A stretch of 43,051 nucleotides of DNA from a virus. Lineage: Duplodnaviria; Caudoviricetes. Shown one piece after another: positions 33,488 to 43,051 of the stretch (position 1 is the stretch's first letter; each line of letters begins with the position of its first letter). The notes below the pieces were generated by a model. The model was given only the letters and a program-made list of their open reading frames with translations, made no database searches and was not told the origin of the DNA. The translations under genes and the position numbers were made by a program. The stretch covers positions 1-43,051 of the IMG/VR virus record IMGVR_UViG_3300044504_000043; one strand, written 5' to 3'.

Positions 33488-33966
33488 GATCTAAATAACG
33501 GTACTGACATGCCACCACTTGAGCGACCGATTAACTTATTGGCTAATGTGGTGATCACTTGCGAATAGGAGAGCTTTAACGGGCTTTTATCTGAATACGT
33601 GACCGCTATACTGCCGACCTGCTCACTAATGGCTAGGCGCTCAATATTAGCCCTAGGATTGCCATGTACATCGTGAAACAACGCAACTTCAATCTGTAGC
33701 GTCTTGAGTATGTCGGGTATTTCATCTGTAGCCACTGCAAAGCCGCTTAATACTACGCCTGAGCGAGGCCATTCCATCTTTTGTGCTTTCGTCAATCTGT
33801 TGCCGAGAAACTGTAAGCCCTCACAATAACTAGCGGCCTCTAATAGTAAAGTAGTAGAGTCGCCCGTAATAGCAATGCCGCGTTCATCTGCATAAGCATC
33901 TAATTCCGTTTCTGACACAAAAGAATTAGCGCCTGCTATTTGATCGCCCGTTTCAACTATAACCAT
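33484..33966 (-). CDS. Head-tail adaptor (DnaT-like domain)
   Basis: VETG....GANSFVS, Q.MEWPR, IP....Q, EQVG.I.V.Y. Confidence 0.8.
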   Translation of the reverse strand: MVIVETGDQIAGANSFVSETELDAYADERGIAITGDSTTLLLEAASYCEGLQFLGNRLTKAQKMEWPRSGVVLSGFAVATDEIPDILKTLQIEVALFHDVHGNPRANIERLAISEQVGSIAVTYSDKSPLKLSYSQVITTLANKLIGRSSGGMSVPLFRS

Positions 33967-34307
33967 TAGCCTTTCGCCCTATCTTGGTCAACTACATATT
34001 CGCCTTCAGCAAATGTCACTTTCTCACTATTCGCATCAAGTGCCTGGCAGTCATAATAATGTTTCGCTACCGATAGCGTGCCAGCAGGTGTAAAACTCAC
34101 CCTGCCATCTGTACCTGTAGTCGTCAATACTCCAATTATACTCTCTTCTAGTGTAGTCGCATCAACAGGATCTTTATCTGATGTAATGTCCATCACAAAA
34201 TTAGTCCAACCGCTAATATCAACCACTACACCACTGGCATCTTTCACTAAAAATGTGTGCCTACGCGTGTCGCCACGTTTTTTGTTTATTTTTAATACCG
34301 TTGCCAT
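33966..34307 (-). CDS. BppU-like Ig-fold structural protein
   Basis: RGDT...F..KD..G..VDISG, YYD.Q, T..EG. Confidence 0.65.
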   Translation of the reverse strand: MATVLKINKKRGDTRRHTFLVKDASGVVVDISGWTNFVMDITSDKDPVDATTLEESIIGVLTTTGTDGRVSFTPAGTLSVAKHYYDCQALDANSEKVTFAEGEYVVDQDRAKG

Positions 34308-34537
34308 TACTCGACCTCTGCTGCTAATTCTGGCTCTAATTCAGCCGTTAATTCTGGCTCTAAAATTGCTTGTAATTCAGGCTCTAATACCGCTTCTAAA
34401 TCAGGCATTAACTCGACCTCTAATTCTGCAAATATTTGTAATGTACTCGTGCCGCCTGCTTGGCTATTCAAATGCAGCCAAGCAATCGAGCCATTTGGCG
34501 CAGTTGAGTTGGCTATCAATACTGACCATGCACTCAT
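34307..34537 (-). CDS. Small acidic protein with 8-aa (L.A.LEPE) repeats
   Basis: Coupled on both sides; repeats are visible in the DNA. Confidence 0.65.
   Translation of the reverse strand: MSAWSVLIANSTAPNGSIAWLHLNSQAGGTSTLQIFAELEVELMPDLEAVLEPELQAILEPELTAELEPELAAEVE
34325..34429. repeat. 24-bp tandem repeat, about 4.4 copies
   Basis: Units start at 34325, 34349, 34373, 34397, 34421 (TAATTCWGGCTCTAA core). Confidence 0.85.
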
Positions 34538-34992
34538 TGAGTGTGATTCCAGACTGACACTGCAATATCGGTTTTATCTTGTGCTGTAACGCCTGAGCCT
34601 ATTGTGACGACAATCACCTCAACTTGTGGCGGCACATAGTTAATATCCACAACCGTTGTTGATGTTAGACCTGAACGATTAAAGGTAGCCACACCCTCAA
34701 GACCGTTATCTGTGATAATAGTGCCCGTTATGGTTAGCTCATGGCTGGAATTGAAAGGCACAAGTCTCGTGCCTCCTAATAAAGTAACGTAACGCTCGGT
34801 GAATTTACCACCACCCTTGCTAATGTTACCCTCAGCTCTCATGAACAGATTCCACTTTCTTAGGGTCTCATCAGTCCTGCGAAACGCCCGCATTTCTTTG
34901 TAAATATCCATAGGGTGAATAGACGTGTTTACCGTACTGGCACTAAGGTAAACCAATCTATTGACCCCATCTATACTGGCAATTAGAGCCAT
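34534..34992 (-). CDS. Putative virion structural protein
   Basis: Beta-rich; C-terminal GSGVTAQDKTDIAVSVW. Confidence 0.55.
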   Translation of the reverse strand: MALIASIDGVNRLVYLSASTVNTSIHPMDIYKEMRAFRRTDETLRKWNLFMRAEGNISKGGGKFTERYVTLLGGTRLVPFNSSHELTITGTIITDNGLEGVATFNRSGLTSTTVVDINYVPPQVEVIVVTIGSGVTAQDKTDIAVSVWNHTQ

Positions 34993-35001
34993 AACTATCC
35001 C

Positions 35002-36456
35002 CTAAGCGTTATTTTCCACGGCAGGGACACAAGAAGCAGACACAGTAGAATCAGCAAGTGTAATGGCTGTCTTTTGTTGTGTTACACCACCATCACCCTC
35101 ACATAGGAATACAACATTGACTGAACCGTCAGTTGTAAAATCATGCTCAAACGATACGAAAGTATTTGCACCAGAGATGAACGGAGAAGCATTTGTTGCC
35201 ACACCTTTAACCACATTAGTTAAAGCGTCATCATACTCTGTAGCACCTACGGTATTGTAGCCAGTTGCAAGGTACGTGTGAAACCACGCTAAAGTATCAT
35301 CAATAGCGTTTTGACCAAGCTCGACTGTTACAGGCGTATAAACTGGATATACGCATACAACACTTGCATCATCCTTAAATTCAACAGCCAGCTTATCACC
35401 ACCTGTTAAACCTTCAATAAATACCCCTAAACCATCACCAGCTCCAGTAATAGGACGAACCTTACCAGTAGCAGTATACTCATACCATACATCGTAATCT
35501 TTACCGTTTAAAGCAACAGGAGATGTTGGTCCCACTGTAACAACCGCGTCTGCTTGGGCAATAGCATCAAGATAAGCAACACATTGAGCTAAAGTACCAC
35601 CACCTGTATTGTTTAATGTCCAAGTGAAGTCTCCATCCGCTCCAGCAAAGCCTGTTTCAGTTTGAGCTGCATCCAGTTTCTCTAACGTCATACCATCCCA
35701 AGGAGCAACAGGTGTGGTATATACGTCAACTAAAGGATAGGTTGCAGGAACTGTTGTCAAATGGTCGCTTTCATTCAAAGCGGCACCAGATGAGTAACCC
35801 CCAAGTTCTGTGATACCTAATGTTCCTAAAGTATCAACACGGTCATAGTTCTTGCCATAAGTCCGGATAGAGAAGTAATGAGATGATAAGGTATTATCAA
35901 AGTTACCGTTAGCTGCATCACCAAACACTTGAAAGGCTTCATCAATGTTACCTAGTTTAGTAAACGGGATAGATGTAGCGTACTGTGCTGGTTGGTAGGA
36001 TGGGATAGAAGCTGCATCAATAGCACCAAGTCCTTTAGGACCGAAGTACAATCTGTTTACTGTAGAACCTGTGAGCTCTCTCCAACCACTACCTCGGAAT
36101 AACTTACGTGTAGCATCACTTGCAGGCTTACGTCCGTTTACGAAGTCATAAGCTCCACCGAACTTAAATGTACCCGCTGTGAAACGGTCATATTTACGAA
36201 GGACTTCATCTAGTCGTCTTTCTTGGTTTTCAAAGGCGTACAATGCCTCAAATTTTAAACCATCTGAGTTGATTAATGGGTTAGCGTCAGTTGCACCACC
36301 ACCGTGTCCCGTTAAATCGAGTGTCGCGTATGTTGATGCGTCACCAAATTCTACAGTACCAGCAGCAGTATCAAAGAATACGTTACCATCTGTAAATGAA
36401 GCGGAACTAGCTTGATATAGGCTAGTCGAATAGTTTGATAAATCTATGAGAGCCAT
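35002..36456 (-). CDS. Putative virion structural protein (484 aa)
   Basis: T/G/D/A-rich beta protein in the late operon. Confidence 0.55.
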   Translation of the reverse strand: MALIDLSNYSTSLYQASSASFTDGNVFFDTAAGTVEFGDASTYATLDLTGHGGGATDANPLINSDGLKFEALYAFENQERRLDEVLRKYDRFTAGTFKFGGAYDFVNGRKPASDATRKLFRGSGWRELTGSTVNRLYFGPKGLGAIDAASIPSYQPAQYATSIPFTKLGNIDEAFQVFGDAANGNFDNTLSSHYFSIRTYGKNYDRVDTLGTLGITELGGYSSGAALNESDHLTTVPATYPLVDVYTTPVAPWDGMTLEKLDAAQTETGFAGADGDFTWTLNNTGGGTLAQCVAYLDAIAQADAVVTVGPTSPVALNGKDYDVWYEYTATGKVRPITGAGDGLGVFIEGLTGGDKLAVEFKDDASVVCVYPVYTPVTVELGQNAIDDTLAWFHTYLATGYNTVGATEYDDALTNVVKGVATNASPFISGANTFVSFEHDFTTDGSVNVVFLCEGDGGVTQQKTAITLADSTVSASCVPAVENNA

Positions 36457-36457
36457 T

Positions 36458-36772
36458 TTAAGCTACCTCTAAGTGTTGTTGTAGTGCGTCAGATAATCGT
36501 TCATTTTCTCTTCTGTAAGCGTCTAGCTTTGCATCGCCATTACTGACTACATATTGCATTTTAACTAAACTTAGTTGTTGCTCTTGCTCTTTTACTTCTT
36601 GCTCTTTGAGTTTCATCATTTTTTCTATGATATCTCTAACCGTAAAAGTATCTTGTACTGTAAAGTGTGCTGGTAAGTTGTACAAAATTTCATCTTGTAA
36701 GGTAACAATCCACTCTTGATTAATACCATTAATAGTAGATTGTCCGGCTTGTGCTTTCGTAATATCAATCAT
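36458..36772 (-). CDS. Coiled-coil protein, possible chaperone
   Basis: E/Q/K-rich heptads between two large structural ORFs. Confidence 0.55.
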   Translation of the reverse strand: MIDITKAQAGQSTINGINQEWIVTLQDEILYNLPAHFTVQDTFTVRDIIEKMMKLKEQEVKEQEQQLSLVKMQYVVSNGDAKLDAYRRENERLSDALQQHLEVA

Positions 36773-38330
36773 TATTGTCTAAGTCCAAGTTAATAGTTAC
36801 TGATAAATCTGCTGCGGTTAATGTGTAGTATGCGGTTTTTTCAATATAGTCATCACTAATTACCTGTACAGCTACTGGCTGAGAGGTATAGGCATGGGTA
36901 TGCGATTGCGTAGCTGTTGTATCATTTTCTAAGCCGTCAAGCTCTACTGCCCCTGCCTGAGATCCCTCAGCAGTTACTGTGTATAGTCGCCACTCATAAT
37001 TAGGTGAAGGTAAGGGGGCTATGGTAAAAGTAAACGTCTTTTGTCCTGCCACTACGTCTACGATAGCTCCTGCGGTGCTTACACTTGGTACTGTTGCACC
37101 GTCTGATACATTAATCGTAAATGTCCCACTACTTGCAGTTATGTGGATTGTCTCATTGCCAGTTATAGCTCCACCGGTAATTTGAACACCACTACCACTT
37201 GTCCCTGCAACATAGCCTGTAGCGGTACTATTCCACGTGTATGTTCCTGCTGCACCTGTCAGTTCAATAGCATGACTAGCACCTACATCTTTTATAAATA
37301 TACAATCGAATGCTTTAGCTAACGTTGCCGAACTTACTGCCTCTGTTGTTGTAGACTTGTTTATCGTACAACCACTTAGTAAGCCTGTTACTGTAGTTTT
37401 TCCACACCTATTAAAGGAGCTTGACGTAATAGTATTGGCTACTGAAGCCGTGCCTCCTGATTGGAATACAATCCCGTCCATTGTCTGTCCAGCAGCAGTT
37501 ACAATAGCTAAGTAGTTAGTATGTGATCCACCATTTTGGGTAAACGCAGTAGCACCTGAGGTATCAAAGTTATAGTTAACAGTACCAGCAGCTAAAATAG
37601 AAGTATTTGTAAAGGTTACTGTACCAGAAACATCAAGGTTATAAGTATCGTATCCGTTAGCAGTATCTTTGAATACTAGCGTTTCACCACTTGAAACTAA
37701 AGCTGTCCCTGTTAGATCAATATCCCCTTGAGAGTAGATAATACCGTTATAGTTTTCTATTACCCCGTAGTAAAAGTCTCCAGCAGTATCTGCTAATGCA
37801 GCTTCAGAGAATAAAGCGTTACTTGTCGTTGTGCCTGCAATAGTATGCCCTACACCGTAATGAATAGTGTCAATCCAGTTATTAGGTACTGCACGAAAGT
37901 TTACGTTAGCTGTTGTTATTTCAAAGATAGACGATGCTAAGCTTGCAGGGTTAAAAGTTCCTGTTGGTGTACCTTTATTTATATAGTCGAATGCAAAGGC
38001 TTTAAACGCCCCATCCACTGCTGGATTAGCTGCTGTTGCAATACCAAACAACCTACTGTTACCTGCTGTTGACTGTAATGCTAACTGCACATTAGTGTAA
38101 ATAGCGGATATTGAACTAGCAAGCCATACCGTATAAATACCTCGACCAGTAGGCATTGATGCCGATGCTGTGAGGGTCCCAGTTTCAGTAGCGTTCTTAG
38201 CTAACTGCCAAGATTCAGAGTTAGCTCCCTGAATACTGAAACCATAGGTATCAGTACCATCCGTACCTGCCCAACCTGTACCACTGTCATTAGTTGTAAG
38301 TAGTGTCATTCCCCCAAGTGTAACTGCCAT
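36765..38330 (-). CDS. Putative fibre/beta-helix structural protein (521 aa)
   Basis: Very T/G/S/A-rich with short beta repeats. Confidence 0.55.
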   Translation of the reverse strand: MAVTLGGMTLLTTNDSGTGWAGTDGTDTYGFSIQGANSESWQLAKNATETGTLTASASMPTGRGIYTVWLASSISAIYTNVQLALQSTAGNSRLFGIATAANPAVDGAFKAFAFDYINKGTPTGTFNPASLASSIFEITTANVNFRAVPNNWIDTIHYGVGHTIAGTTTSNALFSEAALADTAGDFYYGVIENYNGIIYSQGDIDLTGTALVSSGETLVFKDTANGYDTYNLDVSGTVTFTNTSILAAGTVNYNFDTSGATAFTQNGGSHTNYLAIVTAAGQTMDGIVFQSGGTASVANTITSSSFNRCGKTTVTGLLSGCTINKSTTTEAVSSATLAKAFDCIFIKDVGASHAIELTGAAGTYTWNSTATGYVAGTSGSGVQITGGAITGNETIHITASSGTFTINVSDGATVPSVSTAGAIVDVVAGQKTFTFTIAPLPSPNYEWRLYTVTAEGSQAGAVELDGLENDTTATQSHTHAYTSQPVAVQVISDDYIEKTAYYTLTAADLSVTINLDLDNND

Positions 38331-38659
38331 TAGATAACCTCTAACTGCATAGCTGTCTCACCTGCAATGATACTCGCAACTGCTGACTGATTAGCCAGTA
38401 ACGCTGACATTAGTACGTTATTTCCGTTAAGCATGTTAGTTACAGCATCAGCGTAAAAGCTTCCAGAATAGTACGTATTGCCGTGTGCAGAGTCATGGGT
38501 AATCGCTCCATCAGGAGTAATTTTATATCTTCCCCAAGCCAGACTAATTGTATAGATTGGATCTGTAGAATCCTCAAATACATAAGACTGAGAAATAGAC
38601 AGTTCTTTCAGCAGTATCCAACCATAGTCACTGTCTGGGTTTAATATTCTGATAGCCAT
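38330..38659 (-). CDS. Hypothetical protein
   Basis: Start MAIRIL; coupled to the next ORF. Confidence 0.55.
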   Translation of the reverse strand: MAIRILNPDSDYGWILLKELSISQSYVFEDSTDPIYTISLAWGRYKITPDGAITHDSAHGNTYYSGSFYADAVTNMLNGNNVLMSALLANQSAVASIIAGETAMQLEVI

Positions 38660-38725
38660 TAACCAACCCTTCAACATAGTTAATACAGTAATTTAGACTT
38701 AATTAGCCCGCTTGTGAGCAAGCAT

Positions 38726-38749
38726 AAAAAAACGCCCTAATCAGGACGC
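38726..38749 (-). terminator. Intrinsic terminator
   Basis: CGTCCT-gatt-AGGGCG followed by T7. Confidence 0.7.
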
Positions 38750-38871
38750 TTTGATTTGATTACTGGTTTTGATTGCTCTGGTTTAGCGTTTTTACGTGCC
38801 ATATTAACCCGAACCATATCGCTATAACTTACCGGCTTACCGGCTTCTAATCCGTCTTCATTCTTAGCCAT
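38737..38871 (-). CDS. Small protein after MCP (44 aa)
   Basis: Not in the ORF track; GGAGGT RBS; MAKNEDGLEAGKPVSYSDMVRVNMARK... Confidence 0.65.
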   Translation of the reverse strand: MAKNEDGLEAGKPVSYSDMVRVNMARKNAKPEQSKPVIKSKRPD

Positions 38872-38883
38872 TATTACCTCCAC

Positions 38884-38907
38884 AAAAAAAGGAGGCCGAA
38901 GCCCCCT
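38884..38907 (-). terminator. Intrinsic terminator after MCP
   Basis: AGGGGGC-TTCG-GCCTCC followed by T7. Confidence 0.85.
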
Positions 38908-38919
38908 GATTAATTACTG

Positions 38920-39930
38920 CTAGTTAGTGATTAAATAAGCCACTGGTACTAATTTACGGTCGATAACGCGATCCCAAACTGTCGCTGTAGCTAACTCAGC
39001 ATGAGTAAACGATTGAGCCGCTGGAGTGGTAAGCATCTGGAAGCCTGCTGGATGCAAAATCTCAGTAGAACGCACCCATAATTCGTCAACACCACCACCA
39101 TTACCGCCTTGCGGGTTACGCCAAACCTCAACAGGTGTAGGAGCAGCTGCCGCACCGTGACCAAACGCGCCCGCGCCAAGCAATACCGATGTATATTTAA
39201 AGCCACTGGTTGTACCTGCCACTACAGGCATTGAATCATCAACAATGATGCGGCGACCCAAATATGAGCGATACAGCAAGTTGCCGTCACTATCACGTAC
39301 ATCTTCTGCACCGTTTAGCTTGGCAATATCACTCGCTATTTTTGAATGGACTACGATAGCCGTAATGCCATCGACCATGTCGCCCATCGTATATGACGCA
39401 TCAATGAAATTATCATTGCTGAATTTAGTCGCTGCCGTTTGACTGCCGATAATCTCAACCGCTACATTATGCACCATATCGCCTGAATCATTCGCTACGT
39501 TGTCCGCTAAGACACCGTTAAGCGATGCAATTAAGCGCGCTTGGTTTTGTCGTGCAAAATAACGATCTGTTCTGGCGCGAATATGCTCCATAGGAGACGC
39601 ACCCATCACTAACTCTGTCGCCAAGTCAGTAGATGACCAGCCTTGGTTCATGAACGCCTTACGGGTTAACTGCTTGCCTTGTAATGCTTTTTGAGGGACA
39701 GCCGCTGTGCCAGGCACGTCATTAGAATAGTTAGTTTCAATCGTGTCATCTAAATCAGTCCAAAACGGTAGCTCTGCTAAAATACCGCTTTCTCCTGCTA
39801 ACGCTGATAGTAATGGGCTTTGGGTAACGATACCGCTTGCCCATAATGCTGTTTTCTCCACGCCATTAACTGACGGAAGGTCTTGAAATACGGTTACATC
39901 AATGATGTCCGCTAATTGTACTGCTGCCAT
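38920..39930 (-). CDS. Major capsid protein
   Basis: SGIV, LPFW.DL, DA.YTMGD, YLGRRIIVDDSMP, GNGGG, ILHP.G, W.RV.DRK. Confidence 0.9.
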   Translation of the reverse strand: MAAVQLADIIDVTVFQDLPSVNGVEKTALWASGIVTQSPLLSALAGESGILAELPFWTDLDDTIETNYSNDVPGTAAVPQKALQGKQLTRKAFMNQGWSSTDLATELVMGASPMEHIRARTDRYFARQNQARLIASLNGVLADNVANDSGDMVHNVAVEIIGSQTAATKFSNDNFIDASYTMGDMVDGITAIVVHSKIASDIAKLNGAEDVRDSDGNLLYRSYLGRRIIVDDSMPVVAGTTSGFKYTSVLLGAGAFGHGAAAAPTPVEVWRNPQGGNGGGVDELWVRSTEILHPAGFQMLTTPAAQSFTHAELATATVWDRVIDRKLVPVAYLITN

Positions 39931-39942
39931 TTTATATTCTCT

Positions 39943-40584
39943 CTATGTTTTTGATTCGGATTTAAGACGGTCGTATTCAGCAGGGTTTGATGCCCGTAAC
40001 GCTTTCAATTCGCCGCCGTTCATTTCGGTGAACTTCTTATTTACGGCACTGCCTTTGCCACCGAGCGCACCGCCCCCAGAAGCCTGGTTTCCACGAATGA
40101 GCGATTGATAACGCTCACCTTTTTCAAATTCTGTCTTTAAATCATCAATAGTCGAGATTGTCAGTTCGCCTTTTGCGTCTAATACCCTGTAGCCATCGTC
40201 GGTATATTTAAGCCTGCGAGATATGAACTCACTTAGAAGCGCGGCGTTATGACCATCAGCTAATTCACTAGCTAATCGCATTGCTTCGCTGTTGACTTTT
40301 TCGCTTTGGATATTGGCGCGTAAAGCGAGTAATTCAGATGCTGCTTTTTCGCGCTCTGTTTCACTGCTTTTTAGTAGCTGTTCAAAATCACCATCTTTCA
40401 ATGCTTTATCTGCTAGAGCTTTAGCCGCTAAATCTGCTTCTTCCTTGGCTTTGGCTTTAGCTTTTTTAGTTTCGCCTAGTAATTCATCCAGCTTGGCTTG
40501 CATTGACGATACTTCGGTATCACGCTTTTCAATATCAGACTTTTGAGCCTCGATAAGTGCTAGTGCTTCTTCTAATTCCATCAT
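39943..40584 (-). CDS. Scaffolding protein
   Basis: Coiled coil, VLDAKG.LT, ASGGGA; upstream of MCP; GGGAG RBS at MMELEE. Confidence 0.8.
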   Translation of the reverse strand: MMELEEALALIEAQKSDIEKRDTEVSSMQAKLDELLGETKKAKAKAKEEADLAAKALADKALKDGDFEQLLKSSETEREKAASELLALRANIQSEKVNSEAMRLASELADGHNAALLSEFISRRLKYTDDGYRVLDAKGELTISTIDDLKTEFEKGERYQSLIRGNQASGGGALGGKGSAVNKKFTEMNGGELKALRASNPAEYDRLKSESKT

Positions 40585-40625
40585 TGAACTCCCACAGGGA
40601 TAATGCGACCACAGATCGCAGGTAT

Positions 40626-40648
40626 AAAAAAACCGCAATTAAGCGGTT
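40626..40648 (-). terminator. Intrinsic terminator
   Basis: AACCGC-ttaatt-GCGGTT followed by a T run. Confidence 0.75.
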
Positions 40649-40652
40649 CGGT

Positions 40653-40874
40653 TTAAGTTGTAAGCTTCATTATGTGATGCTCTAAAAGCTGTTTGTGATA
40701 GCCTTTGGGCATCCTATCGACAATCCGCTGTATTAAGTTAATATCATCAGATTGTCTTAATTCTTTAAGTAATGGTGATAAATGCTCGTCTATTTCATTG
40801 ATTAGACTTTCGATTAACTCACGCTTTCTGTGACTTTGCCGAATATCTATCATGTACTTTTCGAGTAAGTCCAT
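40653..40874 (-). CDS. Hypothetical protein
   Basis: AAGGT RBS; lies between minor head and scaffold genes. Confidence 0.55.
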   Translation of the reverse strand: MDLLEKYMIDIRQSHRKRELIESLINEIDEHLSPLLKELRQSDDINLIQRIVDRMPKGYHKQLLEHHIMKLTT

Positions 40875-40888
40875 CGCTACCTTTTGAT

Positions 40889-41899
40889 TTAAGTTAGATT
40901 GTTTAATTCTTTTAGTCGTGCCAGCGAATAAACCTTACCTGTATCATCAGTAAACTTGCCGATACTTAGCTTGCCGCTTCTAAATAAAGTCGCCCTTTCC
41001 TTGCCAAGCACTTCATTCTGCACAGCCTTACTTTGACGCTTTAAATACCCGCCGTATGTTGTATTAGCTGATACAGGACCATCACTCGAAGCACGTTCAC
41101 CTGTAATATCTGCACCTAAGTTGTATTTAGGGTTAATTTTTGGCGTTCTGACGCTTCGACACGACCAATGGATTGGCGGCATCGGCCCTTCACCAATCGG
41201 GTATATATTCCCATCTAAGCTTGAGCACGAAATAGTTGTGTGGCTATCCAGTGTCGCAACGTATTCTTCACCTGTTATCACATCATCATTAGCGGCATAA
41301 GTAGCTGATCGTGCCTGACCACCCATATGATTTGTTGTGGTCCTAACTAAGCTCGCCGCCTGGTGTTTCATGCGTGTATTAACTAAGTTTGTAATGTCAC
41401 TGATAATTTGTTGTGATGTTCTACCAATTGTCGCGCCATCACGTATTATCTGTGCCACTTCTTTGGCTTTGCTTTTACTAAACGAGCTAATCGCCTCATC
41501 GACCGTTAGCTTTTGTACTTTCTGGCCTACTAACAGGCTCATTTTCTTTTTCGTAAGCACTGCTTGTATTTGATTCAATGAAGCAGGGTTGATTATCTCG
41601 GCGCTGGTAGCCGCTATTACTGCTTGACTTGCAAATAGTGCTTCTTCTTTGGCAAACTCGGTTAAGCCTTGCGTTAAATCAGCGCCAAACTCTTTTATAA
41701 TGGCTTCTGTTAACGTGGATATTTGCCTTGCTAGCCTTACCGCTGTTATTCGGTCATAGTCTTTGCTTATAGTGCGTTTTAAGGTGTCTGACAGCCGTTT
41801 TAAGTGACTAAATAAGCGCTTGGCTTCACCTTTACTGTATCGCTCTATAAATATCTGTCTTGACGTTAAACTATCAATCAGCTTTTGGTTGCTGCTCAT
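40889..41899 (-). CDS. Minor head protein (Mu gpF/SPP1 gp7 family)
   Basis: LVRT..NH, YVATLDSHT...C..LDG, PPIHWSCRS. Confidence 0.9.
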   Translation of the reverse strand: MSSNQKLIDSLTSRQIFIERYSKGEAKRLFSHLKRLSDTLKRTISKDYDRITAVRLARQISTLTEAIIKEFGADLTQGLTEFAKEEALFASQAVIAATSAEIINPASLNQIQAVLTKKKMSLLVGQKVQKLTVDEAISSFSKSKAKEVAQIIRDGATIGRTSQQIISDITNLVNTRMKHQAASLVRTTTNHMGGQARSATYAANDDVITGEEYVATLDSHTTISCSSLDGNIYPIGEGPMPPIHWSCRSVRTPKINPKYNLGADITGERASSDGPVSANTTYGGYLKRQSKAVQNEVLGKERATLFRSGKLSIGKFTDDTGKVYSLARLKELNNLT

Positions 41900-43051
41900 T
41901 ATTCAATAGGGCTTAAATCTGTCATTTCTGCATCAATAATTTCATCCGTTCTATCTTCATCAATCATGCCCATCTTGCGAGCTGTACCGCGTAATTCGGT
42001 TACGCCTAGTATTTGACGGTCAAACAGTTGAACTTCTGCCATGATTTGATTTGGATCGACACCATAATCATAGAAAGTTTCGTTAATTTTATATTCGATA
42101 GGGCTATCAACACCCATAAACAAGCCACACCACGTTAAAACCGTTTCCATAGCTGATGAAGCGTTTTGTACCACGTTCGATAACACGCTATTATCGCCAG
42201 CATATTTAATAACTACCGCACCTAATGTCTCAGGTACTTGGCCCTGCTCGATGGTTCTTGCACCAATGGCTACCATCTGTTTTTCTTTGTGGCTCATGGC
42301 TTCAAAAGCGGCACTATTAGCCTGTGTTTGTAATAACTGCGCACTACCACTGCCTGATGTAACTAAACCGCGTCTAGCGCCTACTTCCACGCCGTTAGGG
42401 TTTAAGTCGTTCCATTCGGTTGTGTTGGTTGTGCCAATATCAATATGAAGCATGGGTTGACCATGTAAGAACACGCCCTCTTCATAATCCGCACTATTAC
42501 GGTAATGGCCTATATTGATTTCAGCTAAGTCGTAAAGGGCCGCATCATCAATATCTGGATCGTTTGAATAAGTGCCTGCAATCACAAACGGAATAAAGCT
42601 TAAACGATTGCCTTTTGCATCTCTTGGCTCGGCAGTGGTAAAGACTTCATCATCGCGCCATACTTCAACGACATAGGTATTTTCGACTAGTTTTAGTACG
42701 CGATATTGACGTTTGATTTCAGACTTAAACTCATCCTCTGGCACTTCGTAGGTTTCAGCCAGCACCACTAACGATAAAACCGTTTGACCGCCGATAGTTT
42801 CGGTTTTCCAGTTTAATATTGATTCGGATTGATACGTTTTAATGTTGGCTTGCAATCTTAATGCTGAGACCTGAACTGCGCTTAAACCCTGCTCTGATAC
42901 AGGATAATCACCTAACAAACCAAAGCGGCCGGTTTGTAATAATTCACCTACTGTTAATTTAGCGACCTGTTCCAGCGTCATGCCATCGCCCGTTGCATTG
43001 TTATCCATGTAATCAAGCTGTGAAGGTATCTCAACAGTAGGAGGCTTACTA
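41899..43051 (-). CDS. Portal protein (DUF4055 type), C-terminal part
   Basis: ESILNW, IPFV, LYDLAEINIGHYRNSADYEE, M..KEKQMVAIGAR. Confidence 0.9.
   Translation of the reverse strand, partial: SKPPTVEIPSQLDYMDNNATGDGMTLEQVAKLTVGELLQTGRFGLLGDYPVSEQGLSAVQVSALRLQANIKTYQSESILNWKTETIGGQTVLSLVVLAETYEVPEDEFKSEIKRQYRVLKLVENTYVVEVWRDDEVFTTAEPRDAKGNRLSFIPFVIAGTYSNDPDIDDAALYDLAEINIGHYRNSADYEEGVFLHGQPMLHIDIGTTNTTEWNDLNPNGVEVGARRGLVTSGSGSAQLLQTQANSAAFEAMSHKEKQMVAIGARTIEQGQVPETLGAVVIKYAGDNSVLSNVVQNASSAMETVLTWCGLFMGVDSPIEYKINETFYDYGVDPNQIMAEVQLFDRQILGVTELRGTARKMGMIDEDRTDEIIDAEMTDLSPIE
42925..43051. repeat. Terminal direct repeat copy 2
   Basis: Identical to 1-127. Confidence 0.95.

Overview
The window is a complete, circularly assembled temperate lambdoid-type siphophage genome of about 42.9 kb. 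Positions 1-127 repeat 42925-43051, and the portal gene runs across that junction. The host is probably a gammaproteobacterium (inferred from sigma70 promoters, IHF sites, spanins and a tRNA-Pro(GGG) att core). The minus-strand early arm carries cro, a replication initiator with iterons, DnaB, a C5 methyltransferase, nin-like genes, a nucleotide-processing cluster and a Q-like antiterminator. It continues into a late operon with TerS/TerL, a DUF4055 portal, head genes, a 4.7-kb uncharacterised structural insert, a GTA-like tail and the lysis genes. The plus-strand arm carries cI, small ORFs, ERF/YqaJ/SSB recombination genes, an N6-adenine MTase, xis and int, then attP and a moron with a consensus promoter. 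The strongest unusual signal is a dual-frame C5 methyltransferase: a second 211-aa polypeptide with its own RBS, three GW(P/G)TP repeats and the missing motif IX is nested in the +1 frame of a motif-permuted MTase. Other leads are two tandem RMF-like peptides, a protease-less repressor followed by a peptide resembling its C-terminal domain, leaderless cI and cro, repeat-bounded gene cassettes, a candidate structured RNA upstream of dam, and the structural module between capsid and neck genes. All product calls come from motif recognition by eye; no database searches were run.
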